Assembly: GCA_965197525.1 (NCBI GenBank)
Contig: OZ240211.1
Location: 448,001 to 512,000 of the forward strand
From: Nitrosopumilus sp.
Lineage (GTDB): Archaea > Thermoproteota > Nitrososphaeria > Nitrososphaerales > Nitrosopumilaceae
Direction: 5' to 3'
DNA: 64,000 nt
Part shown: piece after piece, positions 40,801-52,852 of the stretch
Numbering within the stretch: the stretch's first letter is position 1
Layout of the letters: every line of letters starts with the position of its first letter
Position numbers and translations under genes: made by a program
The notes under the pieces: model-generated
What the model was told of the DNA's origin: nothing
Databases searched by the model: none
What the model saw: the letters and a program-made list of their open reading frames with translations, nothing else

Positions 40801-43800
40801 GCAGAGACTGTCACAAAGTACTGGCTGCCAGAACCGGATATGGAGGTTACAGGATTGGGGACATCGGGGGTATCACCATAATTAATTGTGAGTGTCCAGC
40901 TGTTCAGAACGCCGTCATCTGCAGATGGATAGTCGTCGTTGATCTGTAGCGTCCATGTTCCTGATATTGAGGCGCCGTTAAAGTTCGGTGTGTATGTAGC
41001 TATGATATCGTCTGAACTACCGCCTGAACGATTGTGTAACGTTTTGGTTGTACCGTCGGGGGCAACCAAATCTACCTTTAGATCACTAATGTATGTATGA
41101 GTAATGTTTAGGTCAACTGAAACTGATGCAGCATTTCCAGAATTAGACACTGATATGGTATCAACAACGTCTTGATCACCTGCTATGGCAGTTGATGGTG
41201 AGTTGGTCTGAGTGAACTGGCCAGTACCAGTACCTGGGTCGGGACCGCCCGTGCTATCAGAAGACAGAACAAAGTCAGACTGTGTCACACCGGTCACTGC
41301 TTCGCTAAAGGTTACCTCGTAGACTAGTGTCTGGCTGTCAGTAGTTGCAGCAACAGGATTGTATCTCTCAATTGATGTGAGTGTTGGTGCTGTGGTATCA
41401 GCAGGTACTGTGTTGACCGTGTAGGTGTGGTCTACTCCGGTGGTGGCAGTATCAGTTAGAGGATTGTCTGCCGAATCCTCGATGCCGTGGTTTTGTACAA
41501 GATCAAGGTTGTATGTGCCGTCACTTGATGCAGAGACTGTTACAAAGTACTGGCTGCCAGAACCGGATATGGAAGTTATAGCATTAGCGGCAGTACCCGT
41601 ACTAGCGGAAGACAGAACAAAGTCAGACTGTGTCACGCCGGTTACATCTTCGCTAAAGGTTACCTCGTAGACTAGTGTCTGGGCGTCAGTAGTTGCGGCA
41701 GCAGGATTGTATCTCTCAATTGATGTGAGTGTTGGTGCAGTGGTATCAGCAGGTACCGTGTTGACCGTGTAGGTGTGGTCTACTCCGGTGGTGGCAGTAT
41801 CAGTTAGAGGGTTATCTGCCAAATCCTCGATGCCGTGGTTTTGTACAAGATCAAGGTTGTATGTGCCGTCCTGTGTGGCCAAAACCGTCACTTGGTACGT
41901 GTCGCCAGAACCTGAGATCGATGTTACAGGGTTTGATGTACCACTACTACTACTACTGCCACTATCAGGATTGATCGTAAGCGTCCAGCTGTTCAGGGTA
42001 CCGTCGTCGGCGGTGGCATAGTTGTCGTTTATCTGTAGCGTCCAGATACCTGCAATTGAAACACCGGCAAAGTCGGGTGTGTATGTCTGGTCTATGTCAT
42101 CGGCGCTGCCTCCAGAGCGGTTGTGGACGGTCTTGATGGTTCCATCAGGTGCAATAAGATCTATCTTGAGGTCGCCTTTGTACGTGTGAGAGACGTCCAC
42201 GGCGACAGAGACTGACGTAACAGTACCGGAATCGGTAACTGTGATGGTATCTGTTATGGTGTTGGCTGCAGTTATGGCAATGGCAGGAGAACGTGTCTGT
42301 GTGAACTGGGCAGAGCTTGATCCGCCCGTGCTATCAGAAGACAGGGCAAAGTCAGTCTTGTCCACTCCGGTTACATCCTCGCTGAAGATCACCTTGTAGG
42401 TCAGCGTCTGGCTGTCGGTGTTTTCTGTAGCTGGATTGTACCGCTCAATTGATGATAGTGTTGGTGCAGTGGTGTCAGCAGGTACCGTGTTGACAGTATA
42501 TGTCTGGTCTACTCCGGTGGTGGCAGTATCAGTTAGAGGGTTATCTGCCAAATCCTCGATGCCGTGGTTTTGTACAAGATCAAGGTTGTATGTGCCGTCA
42601 CTTGACGCAGAGACCGTTACAAAGTACTGGCTGCCAGAACCGGATATGGAGGTTACAGAATTAGCGGCAGTACCCGTGCTATCAGAAGACAGAACAAAGT
42701 CAGACTGTGTCACACCGGTTACATCCTCGCTAAAGGTTACCTTGTAGATTAGCGTCTGGTTGTCGGTGTTCTGGTCTGTGGGACTGTATCTTTCAATTGA
42801 CGTGACCGTCGGGGCAATCGTGTCAACAGTGTAGGTGTGGTCGGTTCCAGTTGTTGGGGCGGTGTCAACCAGAGGGTTGCTTGATTCGTCTGTGATGCCG
42901 TGCCCCGATGACACCAGATCAAGGTTGTAGGTGCCGTCCTGCGTCGCAGAGACTGTCACGTTGTATATATAGCCGGAGCCTGTCAGACCTGTTATGCTGC
43001 CTGCCCCTGTACTTCCAGGGGACAGGGCAAAGTCGGCTGAATGCACGCCAGTCACATTCTCGCTGAAAGTCACTCGGTAGATTAGCGTCTGACTAGAAGT
43101 TGTTGTACCTGACGGGCTGAACCGCTCTATCGACGAGATCGTGGGGGCGGTGGTGTCTGCAGGAATGGTGCTGACCGTGTAGGTGTGGTCGACCCCGGTG
43201 GAGGTGGTGTCAACCAGAGGGTTGCTTGATTCGTCTGTGATGCCGTGCCCCGATGACACCAGATCAAGGTTGTAGGTGCCGTCCTGCGTCGCAGAGACTG
43301 TCACGTTGTATATATAGCCGGAGCCTGTCAGACCTGTTATGCTGCCTGCCCCGGTACTTCCAGGGGACAGGGCAAAGTCGGCTGAATGCACGCCAGTCAC
43401 ATTCTCGCTGAAAGTCACTCGGTAGATTAGCGTCTGACTAGAAGTTGTTGTACCTGACGGGCTGAACCGCTCTATCGACGAGATCGTGGGGGCGGTGGTG
43501 TCTGCAGGAATGGTGCTGACCGTGTAGGTGTGGTCGACCCCGGTGGAGGTGGTGTCAACCAGAGGGTTGCTTGATTCGTCTGTGATGCCGTGCCCCGATG
43601 ACACCAGATCAAGGTTGTAGGTGCCGTCCTGCGTCGCAGAGACTGTCACGTTGTATATATAGCCGGAGCCTGTCAGACCTGTTATGCTGCCTGCCCCGGT
43701 ACTTCCAGGGGACAGGGCAAAGTCGGCTGAATGCACGCCAGTCACATTCTCGCTGAAAGTCACTCGGTAGATTAGCGTCTGACTAGAAGTTGTTGTACCT

Positions 43801-46800
43801 GACGGGCTGAACCGCTCTATCGACGAGATCGTGGGGGCGGTGGTGTCTGCAGGAATGGTGCTGACCGTGTAGGTGTGGTCGACCCCGGTGGAGGTGGTGT
43901 CAACCAGAGGGTTGCTTGATTCGCTGTGATGCCGTGCCCCGATGACACCAGATCAAGGTTGTAGGTGCCGTCCTGCGTCGCAGAGACTGTCACGTTGTAT
44001 ATATAGCCGGAGCCTGTCAGACCTGTTATGCTGCCTGCCCCGGTACTTCCAGGGGACAGGGCAAAGTCGGCTGAATGCACGCCAGTCACATTCTCGCTGA
44101 AAGTCACTCGGTAGATTAGCGTCTGACTAGAAGTTGTTGTACCTGACGGGCTGAACCGCTCTATCGACGAGATCGTGGGGGCGGTGGTGTCTGCAGGAAT
44201 GGTGCTGACCGTGTAGGTGTGGTCGACCCCGGTGGAGGTGGTGTCAACCAGAGGGTTGCTTGATTCGTCTGTGATGCCGTGCCCCGATGACACCAGATCA
44301 AGGTTGTAGGTGCCGTCCTGCGTCGCAGAGACTGTCACGTTGTATATATAGCCGGAGCCTGTCAGACCTGTTATGCTGCCTGCCCCGGTACTTCCAGGGG
44401 ACAGGGCAAAGTCGGCTGAATGCACGCCAGTCACATTCTCGCTGAAAGTCACTCGGTAGATTAGCGTCTGGCTGTCGGTGTTTTCTGATGTCGGATCGTG
44501 TCGTTCTATTGACGTGACTGTCGGGGAGGTGGTGTCAATACCTGTCACAGTCACGTTGTAGATGCGGTAATTGGAGGTACCAAAGTCTCCAGTAGAGGTT
44601 ATGTTGACCGTGTAACCGGGCTTGTCTGGTGATACTATCATGTTCAGGACGGAGCTGTCTGTGATATTAAACGAGTCAAAATCTTCTCCGTCTCCTATGT
44701 TGTATTTGGGGTTCTGCCTACCAAGCACCAAATTCTGCGCCGACATGTGCCCTACTACGCCGGGTGTGTTGTCGACATGTATCGTGGTGTTGTTCAGCAC
44801 AATGTACCAGTTGCCCAGATTTTGCCTGAATGCTGAGGCGCCATTGAACATGGAGCCCATGGATTTCACCGAGGAGACGTCCCAATCGGAAAGGTCGGAG
44901 TTGAAGGAGGAGGCGCCTTCGAACATTCTATACATGTTCTTCACATTGGAGACGTCCCAAGAGGAGATGTTGCCGTTGAAAGAGGAGGCGAGCATGAACA
45001 TGCCGCCCATGGATTTCACCGAGGAGACGTCCCAATCGGAAAGGTCGGAGTTGAAGGAGGAGGCTCCTAAAAACATATTAGACATTGCTCCTACGTTGGA
45101 GACGTCCCAAGAGGAGATGTTGCCGTTGAAAGAGGAGGCTTTAAACATGGCGCCCATGTGCCTCGCCGAGGAGACGTTCCAGGAGGAGATGTTGCCGTTG
45201 AAAGAGGAGGCGCCGTCGAACATTGCAGCCATGTTGACTACGTTTGAGACGTCCCAATCGGAAAGGTCGGAGTTGAAGGAGGAGGCATCATGGAACATGG
45301 CAATCATGGTGTCCACATTGGAGACGTCCCAGGAGGAGAGGTCGGAGTTGAAGGAGGAGGCGCCGCTGAACATGTCGATCATGGTGTCCACATTGGAGAC
45401 GTCCCAGGAGGAGAGGTCGGAGTTGAAGGAGGAGGCATCATGGAACATGTCACTCATGTTATCCACATTGGAGACGTCCCAGGAGGAGATGTTGCCGTTG
45501 AAAGAGGAGGCACCGCGGAACATGTCACTCATGTTATCCACATTGGAGACGTCCCAGGAGGAGATGTTGCCGTTGAAAGAGGAGGCACCGCGGAACATGT
45601 CACTCATGTTATCCACATTGGAGACGTCCCAGGAGGAGAGGTCGGAGTTGAAGGAGGAGGCACCGCGGAACATGTCACTCATGTTATCCACATTGGAGAC
45701 ATCCCAGGAGGAGAGGTCGGAGTTGAAGGAGGAGGCATCATGGAACATCCGATCCATGTTGGTTACATACGATACGTCCCAGTCGGAGAGGTCTGCATCA
45801 AAGGAGGAGGCGCCGCGGAACATTTGGTGCATGCGGCCCACATTGGAGACGTTCCAGGAGGAGAGGTCGGAGTTGAAGGAGGAGGCATCATGGAACATGA
45901 CATTCATGCCATACACATTGGAGACGTCCCAGGAGGAGAGGTCGGAGTTGAAGGAGGAGGCATCTAAGAACATGCCACCCATGAATCTCACAGAGGAGAC
46001 GTCCCAGGAGGAGAGGTCGCCATCAAAGGAGGAGGCACCATGGAACATACCATTCATGTATTCCACGCTGGAGACGTCCCAGGAGGAGAGGTCGGAGTTG
46101 AAGGAGGAGGCATCCTTGAATATTCCGTGCATGTTAGTCACAGACGAGACGTTCCAGTCAGAGAGGTCGGAGTTGAAGGAGGAGGCACCATGGAACATCC
46201 AGAGCATGTTATCCACATGGGAGACATTCCAGTCAGAGAGGTCGGAGTTGAAGGAGGAGGCACCATAAAACATGCGGTCGATGGTGTCCACATTGGAGAC
46301 GTTCCAGGAGGAGAGGTCGGAGTTGAAGGAGGAGGCGGCGAAGAACATCATGCTCATGTCGGTTACGCTGGAGACATCCCAGGAGGAGAGGTCGGAGTTG
46401 AAGGGAGTGACGGCTAACATATGGGACATGTTAGTCACGCTGGAGACATCCCAGGAGGAGAGGTCGGAGTTGAAGGAGGAGGCGTACATGAACATGTACG
46501 ACATGTCGGTGACAGATGCAAGGTCTGGCGTGTCGCTTGCATTGGAGACCATGTTCGCCGCGTTGCTAAACGCTCTAGACATTGACTCCCACTTTATATC
46601 CCCCCACTGCTCTATTGACTGTAGCTTCTCCGCGTTGTTCCTGTCTTGATACAGATTGATTCGCGTAAAGTTGCCAGATATCGAAACGGTGTAGGTTCCG
46701 GCATCGTCATAGATGTGCATCTGGTCACCGGTGACGTTGGCAGACACGGTTCCATCGCCCCAGTCGACCGTGTAGGCACCCGAGGCGCCGCCTCCAACCG

Positions 46801-49800
46801 GGATAGTTATGACCTCGTTTGCACTAGTAGTCTGCCATGTGGTGACAAAGGGCGCGTTACCTGTGTCCAGTATTGTGACCTCCACGGTATCGTCAGAAGA
46901 CGTGACACCGTCGTGCACAGTCAGGGTCAAGGTGACAGTCGTGTCAGAATGGACGCCGGGTGCCTCAAACCAAGTGGAAGGCGACGACGGGTCGTCAAGC
47001 GTTATGGCCACGGAACCGTCATGCGACCACTCGTACGTCAGCGAGTCCCCTTGGTCGGCATCTGATGCCGTGCCGGAGAGGCTAACAATCAAGCCCTCTG
47101 TTATGTCTTGGTTTACGCCGGCATCAACTATCGGGGGGTTGTTTATGACGACCTCGACCGTTCTGGAGTTGTTTGCGCCAAAGCCGCCAGTCGAGGTGAT
47201 GTTTACTGCATATGTGCGGCTTTCTGGCAGGCCACTGCCTGCATTTAGCACCAGTGTGGAGCCGTCTGTCTCAAAATAGCCCGAGTCTCCGCCGATTCCC
47301 ATGCCGTATGACGGGTTCTGGCCGTCGAGGTACGCGTTCTGCGCAGCAATACTGCCCACCGCTATGGTCGCATTACCTGCTCTGGCCGGCGTGTCATCTA
47401 GCACTATGTACCACGTCCCCAGATTCTGTGCAAACGAGTCGGCACCGTCGAACATGCCTGACATGTCAGTCACAGACGAGACGTTCCAGTCAGATAGGTC
47501 GGAGTTGAAGGAGGAGGCGCCTGAGAACATGCCTGACATGTCAGTCACAGACGAGACGTTCCAGTCAGATAGGTCGGAGTTGAAGGAGGAGGCGCCTGAG
47601 AACATGCCTGACATGTCAGTCACAGACGAGACGTTCCAGTCAGATAGGTCGGAGTTGAAGGAGGAGGCGCCTGAGAACATCGAGATCATGTAGGTAACGC
47701 CGGAAAGATCAGGCGAATCCGTTGCACTGTATGTCATGTTTGAGGCACCATTGAACGCAGACTCCATGGACTGCCACCGGGTGTCCCCCCACTGCACTAT
47801 TGAGTGCAATTTGGCCGCGTTGTTTGCATCGTCGCCCAGATTGATTCTCGTAAAGTCGCCGGATATCGAAACAGCGTGGGTTCCGGCACTGTCATAGGCG
47901 TGCGTCTGGTCACCGGCGACGTTGGCAGACACGGTTCCGTCGCCCCATTCCACCGAGTATGTGTCTGCCGCCCCGCCAGCAGGTATGATTATGGACTCGT
48001 TCTGCGCGATGGTGTTCCACACCATGACAAAAGTGTCATCACGGGAGGAAAACGGCAGTGTGCTGGCCAGGGCGTAGTTTTGTTCGGAGCGTCGAGGCGT
48101 GTCGATGTCTGTTCCCGTCACCGCTACCGTGCACGTGCCTGCCTCTGCAGGCACAAATACCGCAAACTCGTTGGACTGGTATGCCGACTGTGCAGATATC
48201 GTGTTCATTCCCGGGCAGTCGACGGTAAAGCCTAGGTCGGCAAAGTAATAGTCCCCGCCGGAGGAGCGGTAGCCATCATAGAACGGGTCGGCAGTCCACG
48301 ACAGTATCACCTTTACCGGGTTTTCGGTGTCGTGCACCTCAAACTGGTAGGCGTCCGCGTCAGAATTAGAGTGCAGGCTACCCTCTACAAGATGTCTGCC
48401 AGAGGCGCCGGTAACGTAATCAAGCGTCCTGCCCGCGTCAAGTATTCCAAAACCTACGTTATTTATTATTCCAAGTGAGTCAGCGTTGTTTGCCGTGTTC
48501 CAGTCTGTCGGTTGTCTTGCGTGGGAGCAGTTGTCTGTGGGGTGGTTCTCTTCATACTGCACCGATGTGCACGGCACAGGTCCCGTCCAGTTGGCCCCGA
48601 GAAGTACTGCCGCCTTGACGGTAGCCGGTTCCATGTCCCTTTCCTGCAGTGCCAGGGCAACGACTGCTGTTACTGCAGGGGCTGAAAAACTTGTCCCAGA
48701 GTTGGGTGCAGTGGTGCTGTTTGCCACAAACGAGGGTATATCTAACTTGTATGCAGGGGCCACCACCTCGGGCTTGAGTATCGGGTGGATGGTGCCACCT
48801 ACATTGTGGCTGGCAGGCCCCCTGCTTGATAGTATGTACATGCCGACATCATCCGGGTTGCGGTCGTCTATCCCGCCAACCGTGATGACGTTGTGTGCGC
48901 ATGCCAGCTCGCTGACGGACTTGTAGACAGGTACCACGGCATGACCGTTATGGATGGCGCCGTCGTTTCCGGCAGATATGACAACAGGCATTCCCAAATC
49001 CACTGCCTCTCCTGTGAGCAGTTGGGGTGTGGTGTCAAAGTTAACCTCGTGGCACCTTCCAGCACTGTAGCTCAGGTTTGACACATCCGCACCCATCTCA
49101 AGGAGCCATTCAAATGCATGCGAGCCGCTAGCAACGTTCGGAGAAGTACCACCACCGTGCCGCTTGATTCCGGCATCCAGAATGTCAACCCCGGGGGCGA
49201 TCCCGTTGTTGTCTGCAAGTCCGGATCCGGCAATGACCATTGCCACGCGCGTTCCATGCGAAGTCTGCAGGTTCCCTATGTCAGGTGCAGTTACGCCACT
49301 AGCCTGCGCGGGACTGCACCTGTGATCGGTGCACAGGACGCGGCCGATTACGCTGTCGTTTATCCAGTTAGGATGGTTTATGCCAGAATCCACCACGCCT
49401 ACTGTCACGCCAGAGCCTTCCACTGTTGTCCCGTCCGGCCTGCGCAAGTCGTCTGGAGTAGCCCCTATGGTCAGGCGCATCTCGTCTATGGTTGGGGTCA
49501 TCTGCGCCTGACCGTCGCCCATGCGGTACACCTGGCCGTGCCCGGATACCTCTAGGATGCGGTTTACCGGAACCGACGCGGTGACAAAGGAGAGAAGATC
49601 GGCGGCCTTGATGTCCCTAGCTCCAATATCCTTCAGTATCTTGACTACCGCGTCTTTGTTTGTCTCTGAGAAGTCGGTGCCGTCACGATCGTACTTGTTG
49701 ACGGTTATTATCACGTCATGGTGTGTCGTCGGGCTTTGCAGGTTTTCGTCTTGCGTCTGCTTCGTCAGTTTTTGCGCCTTACGTTCCGACTGAGGGGCAA

Positions 49801-50047
49801 AGGTGCTTTCAAGAAGGTTTTCGTCTTGCACCTGCTCCATCAGTTTTTGCACCAGAGCGTAAAAACCGGGGTCGAGTTTGTCAGGATCCCCAATACCATC
49901 CTGCGCGAAACCGGCAGACTTGTAGATACCCGGAACAGTACTGACTTTTGTCTGCTCTGTCTGGCTATGTGTCTCAAGAGGCGCCAGCGAAACGACTAGG
50001 ACAATGAAAACCAGCATGGCCACGGCGACGTGCGTGTTTTTGTCCAT
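34851..50047 (-). CDS. Giant secreted subtilisin-like (S8) protease/adhesin, ~5,065 aa if repaired: signal peptide, propeptide, S8, PKD-like + BspA block (3 repeats), cadherin/PKD-like, PKD-like + BspA block (22 repeats), Ig-like array with 10 P-domains; split by a 1-bp deletion at 43923/43924
   Basis: Track ORFs 43817-50047 and 34851-43763 meet inside a 345-bp repeat where one copy reads gattcgctgtg and the others gattcgtctgtg. Catalytic motifs VGVVDSG, SHGT, SAGNDG, GTSFSAP. Confidence 0.88.
35000..44480. repeat. Near-identical tandem modules: ~5x345 bp, 3x729 bp, 5x726 bp
   Basis: Shadow ORFs at 39238/39967/40696 (729 apart), 36250/36976 and 37720/38446 (726 apart); 345-bp units at 42840-44480. 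Confidence 0.93.
44820..46560. repeat. Array of 22 ~75-bp BspA/DUF285-type repeats plus cap
   Basis: Consensus SSFNSDLSSWDVSNVxxMxxMFxxA, counted in the translation. Confidence 0.93.
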
Positions 50048-50239
50048 TGTCAGTCACCACAAAGTTGCTTGATTACCAAGAAATAAACCCGGTTAGACGA
50101 TGTCTGCAAGTTCGACGGTGGCTGGGAGGGGTTCATTGGACTCACACTCACAGAACCGTCAGGTTCAGGACCGACTCTTGATGCTTGCTGCTGCTGTAGC
50201 GGCGTTGGAAGACAGATGTGTCCAAAAAAGCATTCATGG

Positions 50240-50548
50240 GTGATTCTGCCGAATCTGGTGTCTCTTGCCTCCAACTTTTCAATGAACGTCCCGGATTGCC
50301 AAGTCGATAAACTAAGATAAGTTGGTGGTGCTTGGGTCGACTTGCCTGTTGATTGCATCCTTGATCCTGTCTGCCAGACTGCCTCCCCCCCCCCCCACAA
50401 CAACATTCTTCAGACTAGCTAAAACTATAGTCAATATTGCAGTCAGAGAGGAGTTTAAGAATGGGATATTGTATGTATAGAGTCTGTTTTTACTATTCTT
50501 GGCAGTATCATTGTCAGTATTGTTATTATTAACATAGTTTGCAGTCAT
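50240..50548 (-). pseudogene. Decayed ribbon-helix-helix (CopG-like) regulator containing a G12 tract
   Basis: KNVVV-G12-SLADRIKDAINRQVDPSTTNLS*FIDLAIR, then in another frame FIEKLEARD: a strand-helix-helix pattern. C12 on the + strand at 50385-50396. Confidence 0.45.
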
Positions 50549-50899
50549 GACTGTTCACCATATCTTTTGTAAACAACGATACGGTAATTGACTGAAGGTT
50601 TTTTTTATCGTATTTTTGACAACTTGAAGCTTTACCAAGTACTTTGTCTTGATTGGGATCAGTAACAACACTACTTGAAAGAATTATAAAAGTCACATTC
50701 AGTATTAAAAACAGTCATCATATAACAAAGAGGTCATTTAAACTAGTCTTAGACTAGTAAGTACACATTAGAGATTATTGGTAGTATTGGACAAAAAGCT
50801 GTTCATTTTTCAATCAAAATGACATTATGCAATAAGCACTACTAGATCTTTAATCTGAACAGGTTTTTATCTTGTGTAAAAAACTTGAAATCAAAAGTT

Positions 50900-51140
50900 C
50901 ATCAAGATCGGGGATTTCCTGCCAACATATCTCATCGCACTAAGCTTTGGTTCCTATGTCCTGATGCCTTAAAATAACACGTGACGCATATTTTCAAACG
51001 TAGTATAATATTCTGACACCAGTGTCATGTTTTGCCTGATGCCAATATTTCTCAATGGCGCCAAGCTCTGGCAGTTGGTAGGTATAACATCCTCACATCC
51101 TTGTTTTGGGATACAAAATCAACAAGTTCACGTCCCCTCT
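50900..51140 (-). pseudogene. IS630 transposase C-terminal relic (fourth lineage)
   Basis: Mixed frames give VRMLYLPT / PELGAIEKYWHQAKHD / LVSEYYTTFENMRH. Confidence 0.7.
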
Positions 51141-51294
51141 TGATTTGTGTCTATGGGAAGATCTATGTGGATTGCAGTTAGGCACGGATTAAGGGATGAC
51201 ATGAACACCAGAGATTATGGATAATCGATTATAATATATGTGTATTACACTTTTTAATAACATATGTGTAAACAATAAAACAATTTATGAGAAA

Positions 51295-52367
51295 AAGTCT
51301 TTGCAATTTTCAAAAACACTAGAAACACTTATAGCTTGAAACACTTATAGCTTGAAATATTTATCACCCATAGTGGAAAACCAGAATGTGGCATTAATGT
51401 ATGTATATAAGAGGGAATTAAACCCAAAAGCAAAAGAACGAATGCTTTGCAGTGTTAAATGTCGTAGAGGAAGGTGAAACGATTTCAACAATCGCACAAC
51501 TGTTTTACAAATCCTACAACACAATTAAAAATTAGGTTATGCGATTTAAAGAATTTGGAGTTGCAGGATTGTATGAGAAACCAAGATCCGGACGTCCGCC
51601 AAAAATAGCAAATCATAAGATTACAGAATTTTTTACAAATGTTAAAAACGGCATTTTTCCAAAGCAGTTTGTACATAAAATAAAAAAAGATATAGGAGTA
51701 AAATACACCGAATCTGGAATACGTGACATATTGTGTCGTCATAACTTTACTCCAAAGGTACCCGGATTCCACACACAAAAACAAGGCATCTACTGAACAG
51801 ATAGAAGAGTGGCAAAAATCCCTGAAATGGTGGATTTCATGCGTAAAACGGGACGGTTTTGAGCTGTATGTACAGGATGAGTCAATATTGATGCACGACT
51901 ATGTCACAAAGCGCGGTCCATGGTAGCCGGTGGGTCAAAAAATACTCCGAGTTTATTTTGGAGACATCGGAGACGTGTAATTTATGGTGCAATATCAGAC
52001 TCGTATCAATATTTTTTACAGAAAAAAAAAATCAACGGTCCGACGTTTCTCAAATTTGTCAAAAAACTATTGGAACTATGACAAGGTAGCCATTGTAATG
52101 GATGCAGCACCCAGCATAAAACAAAGAAGTTTAAAAAATTTGTAAAAGCAAACAGTTCTAGACTGCGAATAATGTACTTGCCTACAGGATGTCCTGAATT
52201 TAATGCAATTGAAGAATGTTGGCATCAGTTAAAGATTCAACCTTTCATGTATGAACACCATGAACATGTTAGTGACCGTGCACGAGCCGCAATGATATAT
52301 CTAAGAACCGCTACATTCAATCAGAATATTGAACAGTATATGTTCAGAAAAGCAATTGCAAAGACTT
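51295..52367 (+). mobile_element. Full-length but degenerate IS630 family A element (1,073 bp, 14-bp TIRs)
   Basis: aagtctttgcaatt (51295-51308) and aattgcaaagactt (52354-52367). Fragmented ORFs give YEKPRSGRPPK, YVQDES and YLPTGCPEFNAIEECW. 16-bp tandem duplication near 51326-51357. Confidence 0.9.
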
Positions 52368-52379
52368 AATGACGCCACT

Positions 52380-52703
52380 CTATCTCTCTTTTACAGTGTC
52401 TGGCATGTGCTCTTTTATGGAATCTAATTTTTCTTCCATCTTTTGGTGCTTGTCTCTGCGTGAATCTATCTTGATTACTATCTCAACTCTAGCAATACCC
52501 AGATTATGAACCGTTTCAATCATTGCAGATGTTGCAGAATGTATTACGTCGATATTGTCAGATTCTAATGTGGTACCCATCGAATTAATGACATATCTCA
52601 GGTTGGGAACATCGTGAATTGACTCGATTGCTTTGGCAATGTAAAAACTAGCACTAGGAGTCGGAGTAGCCATCGGATAGATACTAATTTCAGCATGAAT
52701 CAA
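52380..52703 (-). CDS. Thiamine-binding protein family (MTH1187/YkoF-like)
   Basis: AEISIYP...MGTTLE...RVEIVIKIDSRRDK...EEKLDSI pattern. Confidence 0.85.
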   Translation of the reverse strand: MIHAEISIYPMATPTPSASFYIAKAIESIHDVPNLRYVINSMGTTLESDNIDVIHSATSAMIETVHNLGIARVEIVIKIDSRRDKHQKMEEKLDSIKEHMPDTVKER

Positions 52704-52852
52704 CTAGATAGAGATTATTTTACATAAATAATAATGTGCACTAGTGTTTTAGAATCACACCACTAGCAAGCATACAAAATAAAACATATTACAAGAGGCA
52801 CAAAAGAATAACAAAATGCCTAATATATGGCAAAGTACTTGAAATAATATAG

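Noticed and set aside
44820-46560. Diversity-generating retroelement as the source of BspA variation
   Set aside because: No reverse transcriptase or template/variable repeat pair in the window; differences are not confined to adenines.
44622-46649. Long + strand ORFs (548, 225, 125 aa) over the BspA array
   Set aside because: Antisense shadows of a 75-bp repeat lacking stops; their periodicity mirrors the minus-strand gene.
50147-50157. tcacagaacc, matching the outer 10 nt of the TIR
   Set aside because: No similarity further in and no TSD; expected by chance in 64 kb.
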